Source: Pseudomonadota bacterium (GTDB lineage: Bacteria; Pseudomonadota; Alphaproteobacteria; Caulobacterales; Hyphomonadaceae). From it: a stretch of DNA of 64,000 nt. Position 1 is the first letter of the stretch. Every line of letters begins with the position of its first letter. This document shows positions 9,756-21,000 of the stretch, piece by piece. Under the pieces are notes generated by a model. That model was not told the DNA's origin, searched no databases, and saw nothing but the letters and a program-made list of their open reading frames with translations. A program made the translations under genes and the position numbers. The stretch covers positions 37,837-101,836 of the forward strand of contig JBCAWZ010000004.1 of NCBI GenBank assembly GCA_038534315.1, given 5' to 3'.

Positions 9756-11990
9756 CTAGGCGGTCTCTTTGACTTTCGTCCCGGCGGGCGGGAAACGATC
9801 ATAGAAGCCCTCGCCCTTCTCCGCCATGTCGCGCAGAAGCTGCGGCGGCGTGAACCGGTCACCATACTTCTCGGCGAGCAGATCCGCCTCGGCCACGAAG
9901 TCCTTAATGCCCCAGATCAGATCGACATAGGAGCAGCAACCGCCGGTGTACGGTGCGAAGCCCCAGGCGAGGATGGAGCCAATATCGCCGTCCCGAGCAT
10001 CGGTGATCACACCTTCTTCAAAGCAGCGCGCGACTTCAATCGCCTGGCGGACCAGGAAGCGGTTCTTGATCTCTTGCTTGAGCGCCGGCGGACACTCATC
10101 GACCGTCACTTCGATTCTGGAGTTTAGGTCGGGCCAAAGGCGGTCTGGCTTGCCTTTTTCGTTATAGTCATAAAAGCCCTTGCCAGCTTTACGACCGACC
10201 CGGCCCTGATCTTCCACCAGCCAGGCCATCATCTGTCCCAGCTCATTGCTATTATAGTCCATGCCAGCGGCCTTCGCCATTTGGCGACCGACTTTCAAGG
10301 CTGTGTCCAGTCCCACTGAGTCAGACACTTCCAGCGGACCCATTGGCATACCCGACTGGCGACCAACATTCTCGATGATGGCCGGCTTGATGCCTTCTGC
10401 CAGCATCGCCATGCCTTCCTGTGTGTAGGTGCCAAAGCAGCGGGATGTGTAGAAGCCGCGGCTGTCATTGACAACGATCGGTGTCTTACGAATGGCCAGG
10501 ACATAATCGATCGTCTTCGCCAGCGTTTCTTCTGTGGTCTTTTCGCCCTTGATGATCTCGACAAGACCCATTCGCTCAACCGGGGAGAAGAAGTGGATGC
10601 CGATGAAGTTCTCAGGCCTGTCTGATGCTTCGGCAAGCCCGGTGATCGGTAGGGTCGATGTGTTCGAGCCCATCACTGCCGTGTCGGCGAGCTGTGCTTC
10701 AGCCATTTTCGTGATCTTGGCTTTCAGCTCAGGATCTTCGAACACAGCCTCAACCACAAGATCAGCGCCTTTGAAATCGTCGTAGGAATCCGTGGTGTGG
10801 ATCCGCGCGAGCAGGGCGTCGCCTTTCTCTTGGGTCATCTTCCCGCGGCTGACATTTTTCTCGACCAGACGACGAGCATAGTCTTTGCCCTTCTCCGCAT
10901 TCTCCTTCGAGACGTCGACCAGCACAGTTTCAATGCCGGCTTTCGCCTGCTCAAACGCGATGCCCGCACCCATCAAGCCAGCGCCGATGACCGCGACTTT
11001 GTTGAGCTCATATTTGGGATAGCCTTCCGGACGGCTCGCGCCTTTGGAAAGGGCTTGCGTTGACAGGAAGAGTGAGCGGATCATGGCTTTCGCTTCGGGC
11101 CGCTGCTGCGTGTTGATGAAGTAGCGCGTTTCAATGCGCAGACCGGCATCGATCGGCACCTGGATGCCTTCATAGACGCAGGAGAGAATGTTCTTCTGGG
11201 CTGGGTAATTACCGTATGTAGAGGCCGACAACATCATGTTGGACATGGTTGCAACCTGACCGGCGCCAGGGCTCTTATGCGGCACACCGCCGGGCACTTT
11301 GAAGCCTTTTTCATCCCAGGGCGCCTTCGCTTCAGGATTGGCTTTCACCCAGGCCTTGGCCTTCGCAACGGTTTCTGATCCGGGTGCCAATTCATTGACG
11401 ACGCCCATTTTCAACGCCTTCTCTGCGTCAAAGCTTTTGCCTTGAAGGATCAGCGGCAGCGCTTCCTGGACACCAACGAGACGTGGCAAACGTTGTGTGC
11501 CGCCAGCGCCCGGTAGGAGACCGATTTTCGCTTCGGGTAGACCGAATTGGATTTTTGGATTGTCGTTTGCCGCAACACGGTAGTGACCGGCCAATGCGAC
11601 TTCTAATCCGCCACCCAAAGCGAGACCATTCAAGGCAACGGCGATTGGCTTGCCACAGGTTTCAAGCTCGCGCAGCGTCTTGTTCAGCGCGAATCCTCGG
11701 TCGAACTGCATCTTCTTGATTTCGGCGTCGGTCATCTCTGACTCAGACTTGCCGCCACCAGCGCTTTCGCCCATTTCGCCGAGATCGGCACCGGCACAAA
11801 AGCCGGAAGGTTTGCCGGATGAAATGACCAATCCTTTGATTGCGTCATTGGTCGCAACTTCTTTGGTGATCGCAATAATGTCCGCGACGGCTTTGCCGGT
11901 CAGCGTGTTCATGCTCCGGCCAGGCACGTCAAAGACGGCATGCGCAATGCCATCGCCGTCAATGTCGAAGCTAAAGGTTTCGAGGTTCAT
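9756..11990 (-). CDS. Fatty acid oxidation complex alpha subunit (enoyl-CoA hydratase / 3-hydroxyacyl-CoA dehydrogenase)
   Basis: Crotonase domain ([26 protein letters not shown]) plus Rossmann [25 protein letters not shown]. Confidence 0.95.
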   Translation of the reverse strand: MNLETFSFDIDGDGIAHAVFDVPGRSMNTLTGKAVADIIAITKEVATNDAIKGLVISSGKPSGFCAGADLGEMGESAGGGKSESEMTDAEIKKMQFDRGFALNKTLRELETCGKPIAVALNGLALGGGLEVALAGHYRVAANDNPKIQFGLPEAKIGLLPGAGGTQRLPRLVGVQEALPLILQGKSFDAEKALKMGVVNELAPGSETVAKAKAWVKANPEAKAPWDEKGFKVPGGVPHKSPGAGQVATMSNMMLSASTYGNYPAQKNILSCVYEGIQVPIDAGLRIETRYFINTQQRPEAKAMIRSLFLSTQALSKGASRPEGYPKYELNKVAVIGAGLMGAGIAFEQAKAGIETVLVDVSKENAEKGKDYARRLVEKNVSRGKMTQEKGDALLARIHTTDSYDDFKGADLVVEAVFEDPELKAKITKMAEAQLADTAVMGSNTSTLPITGLAEASDRPENFIGIHFFSPVERMGLVEIIKGEKTTEETLAKTIDYVLAIRKTPIVVNDSRGFYTSRCFGTYTQEGMAMLAEGIKPAIIENVGRQSGMPMGPLEVSDSVGLDTALKVGRQMAKAAGMDYNSNELGQMMAWLVEDQGRVGRKAGKGFYDYNEKGKPDRLWPDLNSRIEVTVDECPPALKQEIKNRFLVRQAIEVARCFEEGVITDARDGDIGSILAWGFAPYTGGCCSYVDLIWGIKDFVAEADLLAEKYGDRFTPPQLLRDMAEKGEGFYDRFPPAGTKVKETA

Positions 11991-12012
11991 GTTTTCGTTT
12001 CCGTTTATGCTC

Positions 12013-12098
12013 TGTCATCCCGGCCGTCGCGAAGCGGAGAACCAGGATCCCGTTCCTCTGGGTCCCGGATAAGCTCTGTTGCGCTCTCCGGGATGACA
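12013..12098. repeat. Miniature palindromic element (alphaproteobacterial GTCATCCCGG...CCGGGATGAC type)
   Basis: Terminal inverted repeats TGTCATCCCGG (12013-12023) and CCGGGATGACA (12088-12098) around an 86-bp structured core, in an intergenic position. Confidence 0.8.
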
Positions 12099-12106
12099 AT
12101 TGATGA

Positions 12107-13312
12107 CTAAATCCGTTCGATGATCGTGGCTGTGCCCATGCCGGCACCCACACAGAGCGTGACCAGAGCGGTCTGTTTGCCCGTACGTTCCAGCTCATCG
12201 ACCATGGTGCCGAGGAGCATGCCGCCGGTTGCGCCTAAGGGGTGACCCATAGCGATCGCGCCGCCATTCACATTCATTTTCTCATGCGGAATGTCGAGCA
12301 GCTGCATCATCAGCATCGGCACAGATGCGAACGCCTCATTCAGCTCATAAATGTCGATGTCGCCAACTTCCATCCCAGCTTTCTTCAGGACTTTTTGGGT
12401 CACATAGGTTGGACCGGTCAGCATGATGCCGGGCTCGGACCCGATCGACGCCATGGCGCGGATGCGCGCGCGTGGTTTCAGATCGTGCTTTTCACCCATT
12501 TCTTTGGACCCGAACAGCACCGCAGAAGCACCGTCCACAATGCCAGACGAGTTGCCCGCATGGTGGACATGGTCAATCTTTTCCAGCTCTGGATAGCGCT
12601 GTTTGATGACTTCATCGAAGCCCATCGCGCCCATGCCAGCAAAGCTTGGCTGTAGCGCGCCAAGGCTCTGCATGGTCGCTTCGGGACGCATATGTTCGTC
12701 ATGGTCAAGCTGCACGCCGCCCATCTGGTCTTTGACCGCGACGACGGATTTGGAGAAGCGGCCTTCATCCCAAGCTTTCTTTGCGCGTTGTTGGCTCTCG
12801 ACCGCATAGGCGTCGACATCGTCACGTGAGAAGCCATACTTGGTCGCAATGGTGTCAGCACCAATGCCTTGCGGCGCGAAATAGGTCTTCATCGCGACAG
12901 TTGGGTCGGACGACCAAGCGCCACCCGATGCGCCCATTGGAACGCGAGACATTGCCTCGACACCGCCACCAATCGCCATATCGGCTTCGCCGGTCATCAC
13001 TTTCGCTGCGGCCATGTTGCAGGCTTCGAGGCCCGAGGCGCAGAAGCGGTCAATCTGAACGCCTGCTGTCGTTTCGGCATAATCGGCATTGAGAACGGCG
13101 ACCCGGGCAATGTCTGCGCCCTGTTCGCCGACGGGCGAAACGCAGCCAAGCACAACATCGTCGACGTCGCTTGTGTCGAGATCGCTGCGATCGCGAATGC
13201 CTTGCAGCGCCTGGGTGGCAAGGCTCAGCGCGGTGATCTCGTGCAGGCTGCCGGATTTCTTGCCTTTGCCGCGCGGCGTGCGCACAGCATCATAAATATA
13301 GGCTTCAGTCAT
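12107..13312 (-). CDS. Acetyl-CoA C-acyltransferase (thiolase)
   Basis: [27 protein letters not shown] catalytic motifs. Confidence 0.95.
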   Translation of the reverse strand: MTEAYIYDAVRTPRGKGKKSGSLHEITALSLATQALQGIRDRSDLDTSDVDDVVLGCVSPVGEQGADIARVAVLNADYAETTAGVQIDRFCASGLEACNMAAAKVMTGEADMAIGGGVEAMSRVPMGASGGAWSSDPTVAMKTYFAPQGIGADTIATKYGFSRDDVDAYAVESQQRAKKAWDEGRFSKSVVAVKDQMGGVQLDHDEHMRPEATMQSLGALQPSFAGMGAMGFDEVIKQRYPELEKIDHVHHAGNSSGIVDGASAVLFGSKEMGEKHDLKPRARIRAMASIGSEPGIMLTGPTYVTQKVLKKAGMEVGDIDIYELNEAFASVPMLMMQLLDIPHEKMNVNGGAIAMGHPLGATGGMLLGTMVDELERTGKQTALVTLCVGAGMGTATIIERI

Positions 13313-13763
13313 GGGACGGGTCTCCTGTTTGTTTCATTTTGGCCGGGGCCTTCATTGGGTTGACTGCGAGCGAGGCGCTGGCGCGCGCCGCTTCTTTTCC
13401 TCGGGAATCATATAAGTCCGCGCTGGCAAAGATCACCTGGCGACCAACGTTGCGGAGGCGCGCGACGACTTCGATCCGACCGACGCGCACAGGACGTAAA
13501 AAGGTGCTGTGCAGATCAATCGTCGAGGGAAAGGCGCGGCCTTCCATTTTTAACGTAGCCAGCATGCCGATCGCATCATCCATCATTGCGGACAGATATC
13601 CGCCCTGAACATAGCCAGCTGGATTGGTGAACTGAGGTTTGCCCTCAAACTTAATCCTTGTCTCCAATTGCTTCATGTCCAGCATCATCAATTCGAACCC
13701 AAGGGTTTTGGAACTCTCCGCAGGCTCGCCAAACATATCTCTGAGAAGTTGGCGATCCGGCAC
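13305..13763 (-). CDS. PaaI-family hotdog thioesterase
   Basis: [26 protein letters not shown]; overlaps the thiolase start. Confidence 0.85.
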   Translation of the reverse strand: MPDRQLLRDMFGEPAESSKTLGFELMMLDMKQLETRIKFEGKPQFTNPAGYVQGGYLSAMMDDAIGMLATLKMEGRAFPSTIDLHSTFLRPVRVGRIEVVARLRNVGRQVIFASADLYDSRGKEAARASASLAVNPMKAPAKMKQTGDPSHD

Positions 13764-13765
13764 GT

Positions 13766-14929
13766 TTAGAGTGTCCTCGCGATCAGCATTTTCATCACTT
13801 CATTGGCGCCGCCATAGATGCGCTGGACGCGGGCGTCCTGGAACATTTGGCCGATTGGATACTCATCCATATAGCCCCAACCACCATGCAATTGCAGGCA
13901 TTCGTCGATAATTTTGCACTGTAGATCCGACACCCAGTATTTCGACATGGACGCGGTCGATGCGTCGAGCTCGCCCTTCAAAAGCCGCTCTGTGCAGTGA
14001 TCGACAAACACTTTGGCGACGGTCGCTTCCGTCTTGCATTCGGCAAGTTTGAATTGCGTGTTCTGGAAATCCATGATCGTGCCGCCAAACGCTTTGCGCT
14101 GTTTCACATAGGCGATGGTTTCGCGCAGCGCCCGTTCGATCATGCCCATGCCCTGAATGCCGATAATGTGGCGTTCCTGCGGGAGCTGCTGCATCAATTG
14201 GATAAAGCCTTGGCCCTCTTCTGATCCCAGCAGCGCCGAGGCTGGCACTTTGACGTCATTGAAGAAAAGCTCGGACGTGTCTGCGGCGGGTTGGCCGATT
14301 TTCTTGAGGTTGCGGCCACGTTCAAAGCCCTCGACCTCATCTGTTTCGACCATCATGATCGAAATGCCTTTGGCACCTTTGGTCGGATCGGTCTTGGCGC
14401 AAACCAGGATCAGATTGGCCGTCTGTCCATTGGTGATGAATGTCTTCGAACCATTGATGACATAGCCATTGCCGTCTTTCTTGGCGGTGGTCTTGATGTT
14501 TTGAAGATCAGATCCCGTGCCCGGTTCGGTCATGGCGATGGCGCAGACAAGCTCACCCGAGGCAAGTTTGGGGAGGAGACGCTGCTTTTGTTCTTCGGAG
14601 CCGTAATGAATGATATACGGCGCAACGATCGCATTGTGCAGACCGATGCCAAAGCCGGCAATGCCATGTTGTTCGAGGTGTTCGATGATCACTGCGTCAT
14701 GACGGAAGTCGCCGCCAGCGCCGCCATACTCTTCCGGCGCCGACACCAGAAGCAGACCTTGTTCGGCCGCCTGATACCAAACATCACGCGGCACAGCGCC
14801 CGCTTCGCGCCAAGCTTCGACGTTCGGTTTCAACTCTTTGATGAAGAATTGTTCGACCGCGTCATTGAAGATTTTGATTTCCTCATCCTGGCGCCAATTG
14901 GACGGCGGTACATCGAGGACATCAGACAT
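13766..14929 (-). CDS. Acyl-CoA dehydrogenase
   Basis: AMTEPGTGSD, INGSKTFITNG, QLHGGWGYM, IYGGANE; start taken at ATG 14929. Confidence 0.95.
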   Translation of the reverse strand: MSDVLDVPPSNWRQDEEIKIFNDAVEQFFIKELKPNVEAWREAGAVPRDVWYQAAEQGLLLVSAPEEYGGAGGDFRHDAVIIEHLEQHGIAGFGIGLHNAIVAPYIIHYGSEEQKQRLLPKLASGELVCAIAMTEPGTGSDLQNIKTTAKKDGNGYVINGSKTFITNGQTANLILVCAKTDPTKGAKGISIMMVETDEVEGFERGRNLKKIGQPAADTSELFFNDVKVPASALLGSEEGQGFIQLMQQLPQERHIIGIQGMGMIERALRETIAYVKQRKAFGGTIMDFQNTQFKLAECKTEATVAKVFVDHCTERLLKGELDASTASMSKYWVSDLQCKIIDECLQLHGGWGYMDEYPIGQMFQDARVQRIYGGANEVMKMLIARTL

Positions 14930-14956
14930 GAGGGAACTCCCAAGAAAAATTATGAC

Positions 14957-14974
14957 GTTTACGTTCACGTCAAT
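14957..14974. promoter_or_regulatory. LiuR-type (MerR family) operator
   Basis: GTTTACGTTCACGTCAAT, an imperfect palindrome matching the TTTACGT-N2-ACGTAAA LiuR-type motif, 28 bp upstream of the acyl-CoA dehydrogenase start. Confidence 0.75.
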
Positions 14975-15033
14975 GTAAGGGGCCCAGCGCGTTTTGGCCA
15001 GAGGTTACGTAACGCGAAGTTGCATTGCCAGGA

Positions 15034-15549
15034 TCAGGGCGATGGTCGCGTGTGGCGGTAGAATAGGGTTTCGGGCTCCGCCTCGAGACGAAGGTCCGGA
15101 TCAAGCGTCGCGCCGAGACGTTCCGCCAAACGAATGGAATTGACATTCTCGTCGTGAATCCCGCTGATCAGTCGAGGCCAATTCAGGGTATGAACAGCAA
15201 AGTCCCGCGCCCGTTGGGCAGCCTCAAACGCGTAGCCGCAGCCCTCAAACCCTTCCCACAAGATCCAGCCGAGCTCTGGGTCTGGTAATGCAATCGCGGT
15301 GTTGAGCGAGACCAGGCCGACGGCGGTCTGATCCGATCGCGTTTCGATCGTCCAGGCGCCATGTCCGGCAATCTGCCAGCGTCCGGCGCCCGCGCAGAAC
15401 AAATCCCAAGCGGTTTGGCGAGAGACCGGTCCATCCGTGTAGATCGAACGCGGTGACGCAAAATAGCGCGCAAACGCTTCAAAATCAGATTGACGGTAAG
15501 GTCGCAGCGCCAGTCGCTCTGTTTCGAGGACGGGCGCTGCGCTTGGCAT
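15034..15549 (-). CDS. GNAT family N-acetyltransferase (RimJ/RimL-like)
   Basis: LETERLALRP, PELGWILW..FEGCGYAFEA, NSIRLAERLG; start overlaps the upstream stop (TAATG). Confidence 0.85.
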   Translation of the reverse strand: MPSAAPVLETERLALRPYRQSDFEAFARYFASPRSIYTDGPVSRQTAWDLFCAGAGRWQIAGHGAWTIETRSDQTAVGLVSLNTAIALPDPELGWILWEGFEGCGYAFEAAQRARDFAVHTLNWPRLISGIHDENVNSIRLAERLGATLDPDLRLEAEPETLFYRHTRPSP

Positions 15550-17336
15550 TAGGCCGTGAAGCGGTCAGCCGAGAGCGCCATCATTGGCTCGGCGCCGGTT
15601 TTTAGCTTTGCGAGATGCGACGCCGTCTCCGGAACCATGCGCGAGATCCAATATTTGCCGGTGATCAGCTTGTCATCATAGAACGGATCGCCGCCGCGTT
15701 TTGCCAGCGACACCTTGGCCATCAGCGCCCACATATAGGTCAGTGCAGTGAGGCCGAAGAGCTGCAGATAATCGGTCGAGGCCGCAGCGGCATTGTTGAA
15801 GTCGGTCATGCCGTTCTTCATCAACCAATTGGTGCCCTCTTCGAGCTCTGCCTTAGACGATTGCAGCGCCGCAACAAAAGGTTCCAATTCCGGATCATCA
15901 GAGTGCGATCCAATGAAATCGTCGAGCTCTGCAAAGAAGGTAAAGACGGCGCGCCCGCCATCGGCGGCGAGCTTGCGACCGACCAGGTCGAGTGCCTGGA
16001 TTCCGTTCGTACCTTCATAGATCAGCGAGATCCGGCAGTCGCGAACGAACTGCTCCAGACCCCATTCCTTGGTGAAGCCCGAACCGCCCAAGACTTGCAG
16101 CGCTTCGTTTGTCATCTTGTAACCGCGATCGGTGAGGAAGGCTTTGATGACCGGGGTCAGCAGCGCCATATAGTCGCCCGACTTCTCGCGGACTTTCTCG
16201 TCTGGCGATTTGTGCAACAGATCACCGAACAAAGCGGTCCAATAAGCGAAAGCGCGTGCGCCTTCGATGAAGGCTTTTTGATCCATCAGCATGCGGCGCA
16301 CGTCCGGATGCACAATGATCGGATCAGCGGGCTTATCTGGTGCGGCTGGACCGCTCAGCGCTCGGCTTTGGAGCCGGTCCATCGCAAAGGCGGCAGCATT
16401 TTGGTAGGCGACAGCAGCCTGCGACAGGCCTTGAACACCGACGCCGAGGCGCGCTTCATTCATCATCACGAACATGGTTCGCATGCCTTTATGCTCTTCG
16501 CCGACCAGCCAGCCCGTTGCGCCATCATAATTCATGACGCAGGTGGCATTGCCGTGAATGCCCATTTTTTCTTCCAGGCCGCCGCAAGACAGATCGTTCC
16601 GATCGCCAAGTGAGCCATCCTCATTGACCATGACTTTCGGGACCACAAAGAGCGAAATGCCTTTGATGCCTTCGGGCGCACCCTCAATACGGGCGAGCAC
16701 CAAATGGATGATGTTCTCGGTCAAATCCTGTTCGCCACCCGAAATCCAGATTTTCTGGCCGGTGATTTTGTAGCTACCATCTGGCTGCGGCACGGCTTTG
16801 GTTTTGATCAAGCCGAGATCGGTACCGCATTGTGGCTCTGTCAAATTCATCGTACCGGCCCATTTGCCGGACGCCATATTGGGGCCGTAAGTCGCGCGTT
16901 GTGCGTCGGACCCGCCCGCCATCAAAGCTTCATAGGCCCCCGATGTCAGTCCGGGATACATGCCAAAAGCCATGTTCGCAGATGAGGTCATTTCCGACTG
17001 CGCCATCGACAAGACATATGGCAGCCCTTGGCCGCCCATTTCTTCCGGCTTGTTGAGAAGCGGCCAGCCATTCTCAACAAATTGGTCATAGGCTTCTTTG
17101 AAGCCATCCGGCGTTTTGACGCTGCCATCGGCATTCCGGACACAGCCTTGTTCGTCGCCAATCTTGTTGAGCGGGGCGAGTACTTCGCTGTTGAATTTGC
17201 CGGACTCTTCGAGAATGGCGCTGATCAGGTCCGGTGTCACATCTTCAAACCCTGGTAGGTTTGAATAGTTTTGAAGCATCAGCAATTCGTTGAAAACGAA
17301 TTCAATGTCACGGACCGGTGCGTTGTAGATTGGCAT
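15549..17336 (-). CDS. Long acyl-CoA dehydrogenase (~595 aa, with C-terminal extension domain)
   Basis: TMNLTEPQCGTDL, ITGQKIWISGG, EEKMGIHG, QVLGGSGF, IYEGTNGIQALDL. Confidence 0.93.
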   Translation of the reverse strand: MPIYNAPVRDIEFVFNELLMLQNYSNLPGFEDVTPDLISAILEESGKFNSEVLAPLNKIGDEQGCVRNADGSVKTPDGFKEAYDQFVENGWPLLNKPEEMGGQGLPYVLSMAQSEMTSSANMAFGMYPGLTSGAYEALMAGGSDAQRATYGPNMASGKWAGTMNLTEPQCGTDLGLIKTKAVPQPDGSYKITGQKIWISGGEQDLTENIIHLVLARIEGAPEGIKGISLFVVPKVMVNEDGSLGDRNDLSCGGLEEKMGIHGNATCVMNYDGATGWLVGEEHKGMRTMFVMMNEARLGVGVQGLSQAAVAYQNAAAFAMDRLQSRALSGPAAPDKPADPIIVHPDVRRMLMDQKAFIEGARAFAYWTALFGDLLHKSPDEKVREKSGDYMALLTPVIKAFLTDRGYKMTNEALQVLGGSGFTKEWGLEQFVRDCRISLIYEGTNGIQALDLVGRKLAADGGRAVFTFFAELDDFIGSHSDDPELEPFVAALQSSKAELEEGTNWLMKNGMTDFNNAAAASTDYLQLFGLTALTYMWALMAKVSLAKRGGDPFYDDKLITGKYWISRMVPETASHLAKLKTGAEPMMALSADRFTA

Positions 17337-17412
17337 TGTCTTCCCCTGAATGCAGTGCGCCCCCCGTGGCGTAACGAGGGGCGATCATTATGTCGTCAAC
17401 TAAACTGAACGG

Positions 17413-17892
17413 CTAAGCGTCATCGAGTTGTTTGCGTGCAACGGCATCATAAGCTTTCACATCTTCTACCGTATTGTCGTCCGGACCAACTTTATCGAGC
17501 ATGCTTTCGAGCCACTCAATGCCGTTGTGCAGTTCCTGCAAAGCCATTTCAATATCTTCGCGCTGCGCTTCGAGTTCTTTCACCTGCTTGCGGAATTTGA
17601 TCAGCGACATACGCATCTGCGCGCGCTGGCCATCTTCCAATCCATAAAGATCAAGAATCTCGCGAATGTCAGCCAATGGCAGCCCGAGGCGTTTCAGGCG
17701 AACAATGATTTTTACCCGAGCGCGATCGCGATGCGAGTAGACGCGGGTCATGCCGTCCCGATCTGGATGAAGCATGTCTTTGTCTTCGTAAAACCGCAGG
17801 GCACGTGGGGTAATACCGAATTCCCTCGCCAACTCGGAAATCGAGTAAGTCCGGGACTCTGCTATTGAGAGTGAAGAAGCTGTATCTGGCAT
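17413..17892 (-). CDS. MerR-family regulator, LiuR-like
   Basis: YSISELAREFGITPRALRFYEDKDML.P.R; start at ATG 17892; adjacent to the beta-oxidation genes, with matching operators nearby. Confidence 0.9.
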   Translation of the reverse strand: MPDTASSLSIAESRTYSISELAREFGITPRALRFYEDKDMLHPDRDGMTRVYSHRDRARVKIIVRLKRLGLPLADIREILDLYGLEDGQRAQMRMSLIKFRKQVKELEAQREDIEMALQELHNGIEWLESMLDKVGPDDNTVEDVKAYDAVARKQLDDA

Positions 17893-17910
17893 GTCATAAC
17901 TATGGCGTGT

Positions 17911-17928
17911 GTTTACGCGCACGTCAAC
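17911..17928. promoter_or_regulatory. LiuR-type operator (autoregulatory)
   Basis: GTTTACGCGCACGTCAAC, 15/18 identical to the site at 14957-14974, just upstream of the MerR gene. Confidence 0.7.
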
Positions 17929-17993
17929 GTCAACATCCAAACGCCCAATCAACAGGGTTAGCGCTGAGCTAACAGCGATAGCCGTTTAGCTTC

Positions 17994-18008
17994 TTAACTT
18001 AGAATTAA
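17994..18008. promoter_or_regulatory. CtrA binding box upstream of podJ
   Basis: TTAA-cttagaa-TTAA, exact TTAA-N7-TTAA. Confidence 0.8.
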
Positions 18009-18090
18009 GGCCAAGCGCTGCAGTCCGTTAAGGAATCAATTTTGCTGGCCAGTATAAAGTGTGAGTCGGGCCAGAAGTGGAGTCTGCAGA

Positions 18091-21000
18091 ATGAGCAGCT
18101 ACAGTTCCTGGAGCGTAAAGGGTATTGACGACCGCGCTCGCGAAGTTGCGAAGGAGCAAGCGCGTCTAAAAGGCATTACGCTCGGCGACTACATCAATGA
18201 ATTGCTGTTGTATGGACACAGCGAAGCGGGTCCGCGTGACCAAAGCGGCGAACTGCTCGGTCACGCATCGGTTTCGCCAGCGGATCCGGACGCGCCGTCA
18301 TTGGATGGATTGGCGCAACGGATCGAAGCGGTTGAAGCGCGATCCACGCTCGCCATTACCGGTATCGATCAATCTGTCTTGGGAATGTTGTCTCGTTTGG
18401 AATCGTCCGAGCGCAATACCGCTGATCTCGCGACAAACGTCGATGATTTGATCTCCGAGCTTCGCGACACCCATTCGGCGTTGATCGAAAAAGTCGAACA
18501 GCTCGAAACCACCGGCGACAATAAAGAGAACCTTGATGCTCTAAAGGCGCTTGAGCGCGCGCTCGGCAAGTTGGCTTCGCATGTCTATGAAGAAAACACG
18601 CTGGTCCAGCAAGAAACGGCCGCCATTAAGGGTCGCGTCGAAACGGGTTTTGACGACCTTACAAATCGCTTGAACTTCGTTGAAGACACGGTTTCAGAGC
18701 GCCTCAAAGTCACCGCTGATAAAGTCGACAGAGCGGTTTCCGAAGCCTCCCGACGAGGTGGCGGCAATTCCGAAGCCGTGTTGCGTCGCCTGTCAGAAGT
18801 GCAGGCCCTTGTCGACAATCGAGTCAGCGGTGTCGAAGAAGACGTCGTTTCAGCGCTCAACCATGTCGAAGGCACTTTGATCGACGTGCAAGACCGCTTG
18901 AACACGGCGGAAGCGACAACTGATACAGCCTTAAAGGCGCTCGAGCACACTTTTGCCGCGCTCAATCAGCGTATCGATGATGTGGCGCAAGCGGCGGATC
19001 CTGAGCAAGCCGTGTTGCTGCGCCAGGAATTCGAAGACAGGTTTGAAAACCTGGCAAATGATCTGCGATCAAGTGTTGAAGACACGCGCGAAGCTTTGGC
19101 GAAAGAAATTTCAGACGCCGCGCTCAATGCCGATCCGCAAAGCTTCCCAGCGCTGGAGCGTCAGCTCACAGAAATGTCCGGCCAAGTTGAATCTCAGCTT
19201 GAGGCCTTGGCCGCTCGCGAAGATCAATTGCTGACAACGGTCAGCGAGAAATTCAACACGCTGGCTGACCAAGTCGATGAACAATTGGCGGAGAGCGAGA
19301 AACGAAACGCTGAAGCCTTTGAGCAAGTCGGCGACCAAGTGGCGTCAGCGATTTCGCGGATGCAAGCGCGTCATGATGAAACGACGGCCCGCTTTAGTGA
19401 GCGTCTGGAAGCCTTTGGTGATCGCCAAGACAAAAAGCTGTCTGAGGCTTTGGAGCATGTTTCCGAACGCATGTCGGATATGCAGGCTCGCACAAGTGAC
19501 GCAGTGTCGCCGGTTCAGCGCGCCATCGCCACCTTGGCGGCGCGATTGGAACTTGTTGAAGACGGCGACGCTGCGACGGGCGACCGGTCCAGCCTTGACC
19601 TTCCAGAAATGGTTCCGTTTGCGCCACCGGAAACAGAGTTCAATGACGCCGAAGACTCAGATCTCGCCTTCGCCGAAACGTTGGAGCCAGAGTTTGAAGC
19701 GGATATGGTCGATCCGTCAGACATGGACAGCGACGACACTGAGCCCGTTTTATCAGAAACTGAATCCCTATCCGATACGACACTCGATTACGAAACGCCG
19801 CCTGAATCGGAGCTGACGGCGGACGATATCGAAGCGCCAGAGGTTGCGTTTGCCGATGAAGACGGCGCCTTCACCGAAACGGCGCCTGAAACAGATGCAC
19901 CGCAAGACGGCGATGATGAGGCCGCACTCGCGCTGTCAATTGCCGCGCGGGTTGGCGCAATGGCCGGCGGAAGCCCATTCGCGCCGCCGGACTCCACAGC
20001 AGACGAGGAACCTGAAATAGACGCCGGTGCGTCTGAACTGGATGCCGAAACCTCTCCGGAAGACGAGGATTTCGTTGCGGGTATTCCGGGTTTGGAGGAT
20101 GGCGACGCGTTGGCGGATGAGCCCGATGTGTTTGCCGACGCCGTTGACCCGTTTGAAGACAGCACGGTCGAGGAAGAAGAGCGTCTTCCCACAGATGACA
20201 CCGAACTGGCCGTCTGGAATCCGAGCGAGGACACCGAGCCTGAAGATCCGATCTTCGATGAGCCTGAAGCGGACCTCGCGGCAGACGCCGAGGGTCCAGT
20301 CTTTGACGATCCATTTGAATTCGATGATGCCGATGACTCCGTGGGCGACGACGGGGATGTGACCCCTCAAGCCTTTGCCGAAGATTTTGACGCAGCCGAT
20401 TCTGATGATCCCGAAGACGTCTTTGGTGGATGGGATGATGGCCGCGACGAAGCGCGTGAATCTGATGTCTTTGAAGGCATGGAAGCGTCGACCGACGAAG
20501 GCGATCTCGCATTCGAGGATTTTGAAGGTGCCGAGGATGTCACGGCATTTGATGAAACGTCTGACGACGTCGACCCAGAGGTCGCAGCGGCGACCGAAGA
20601 CGATCTCGTCGATGAGGACGAAGCGACCAACTATCTTGATCGCGCGCGCAATGCGGCCATTCGTGCGACGAATGACAAGTCAACCCGCTTCCGAGCCCAC
20701 CAGGCCGGGCAAGGCGGGGTCGACAGGTTCTCTGCCGGCGACGCGAGTCCACGCAAACGGATGCCGATCTTGCTGGCCGGCGCTGCGCTGATGGTCACGG
20801 CAGCCGCTGCTGCGGGTTATATTACATTGCGTGACGATTTGCTCGCGTCGGACACAAGCTTCGATATTCAAACAGGCCCCGTCTCCGCTGCGGTCGAAGA
20901 TGTGACGCCAGTATCGGCTGCGCTGGATGAAGTCCTTGCTGAAACTGAGGCCGACGAATTTGCTGGAGAGGCGGAGAGCGCCGAAGCGACGCCGTCTGAG

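Noticed and set aside
14291-16613. Long + strand ORFs (256 and 332 aa)
   Set aside because: Antisense shadows of the acyl-CoA dehydrogenases, expected in high-GC coding DNA.
19871-20512. Arg-rich 213-aa ORF on the - strand
   Set aside because: Antisense shadow of the acidic PodJ segment.
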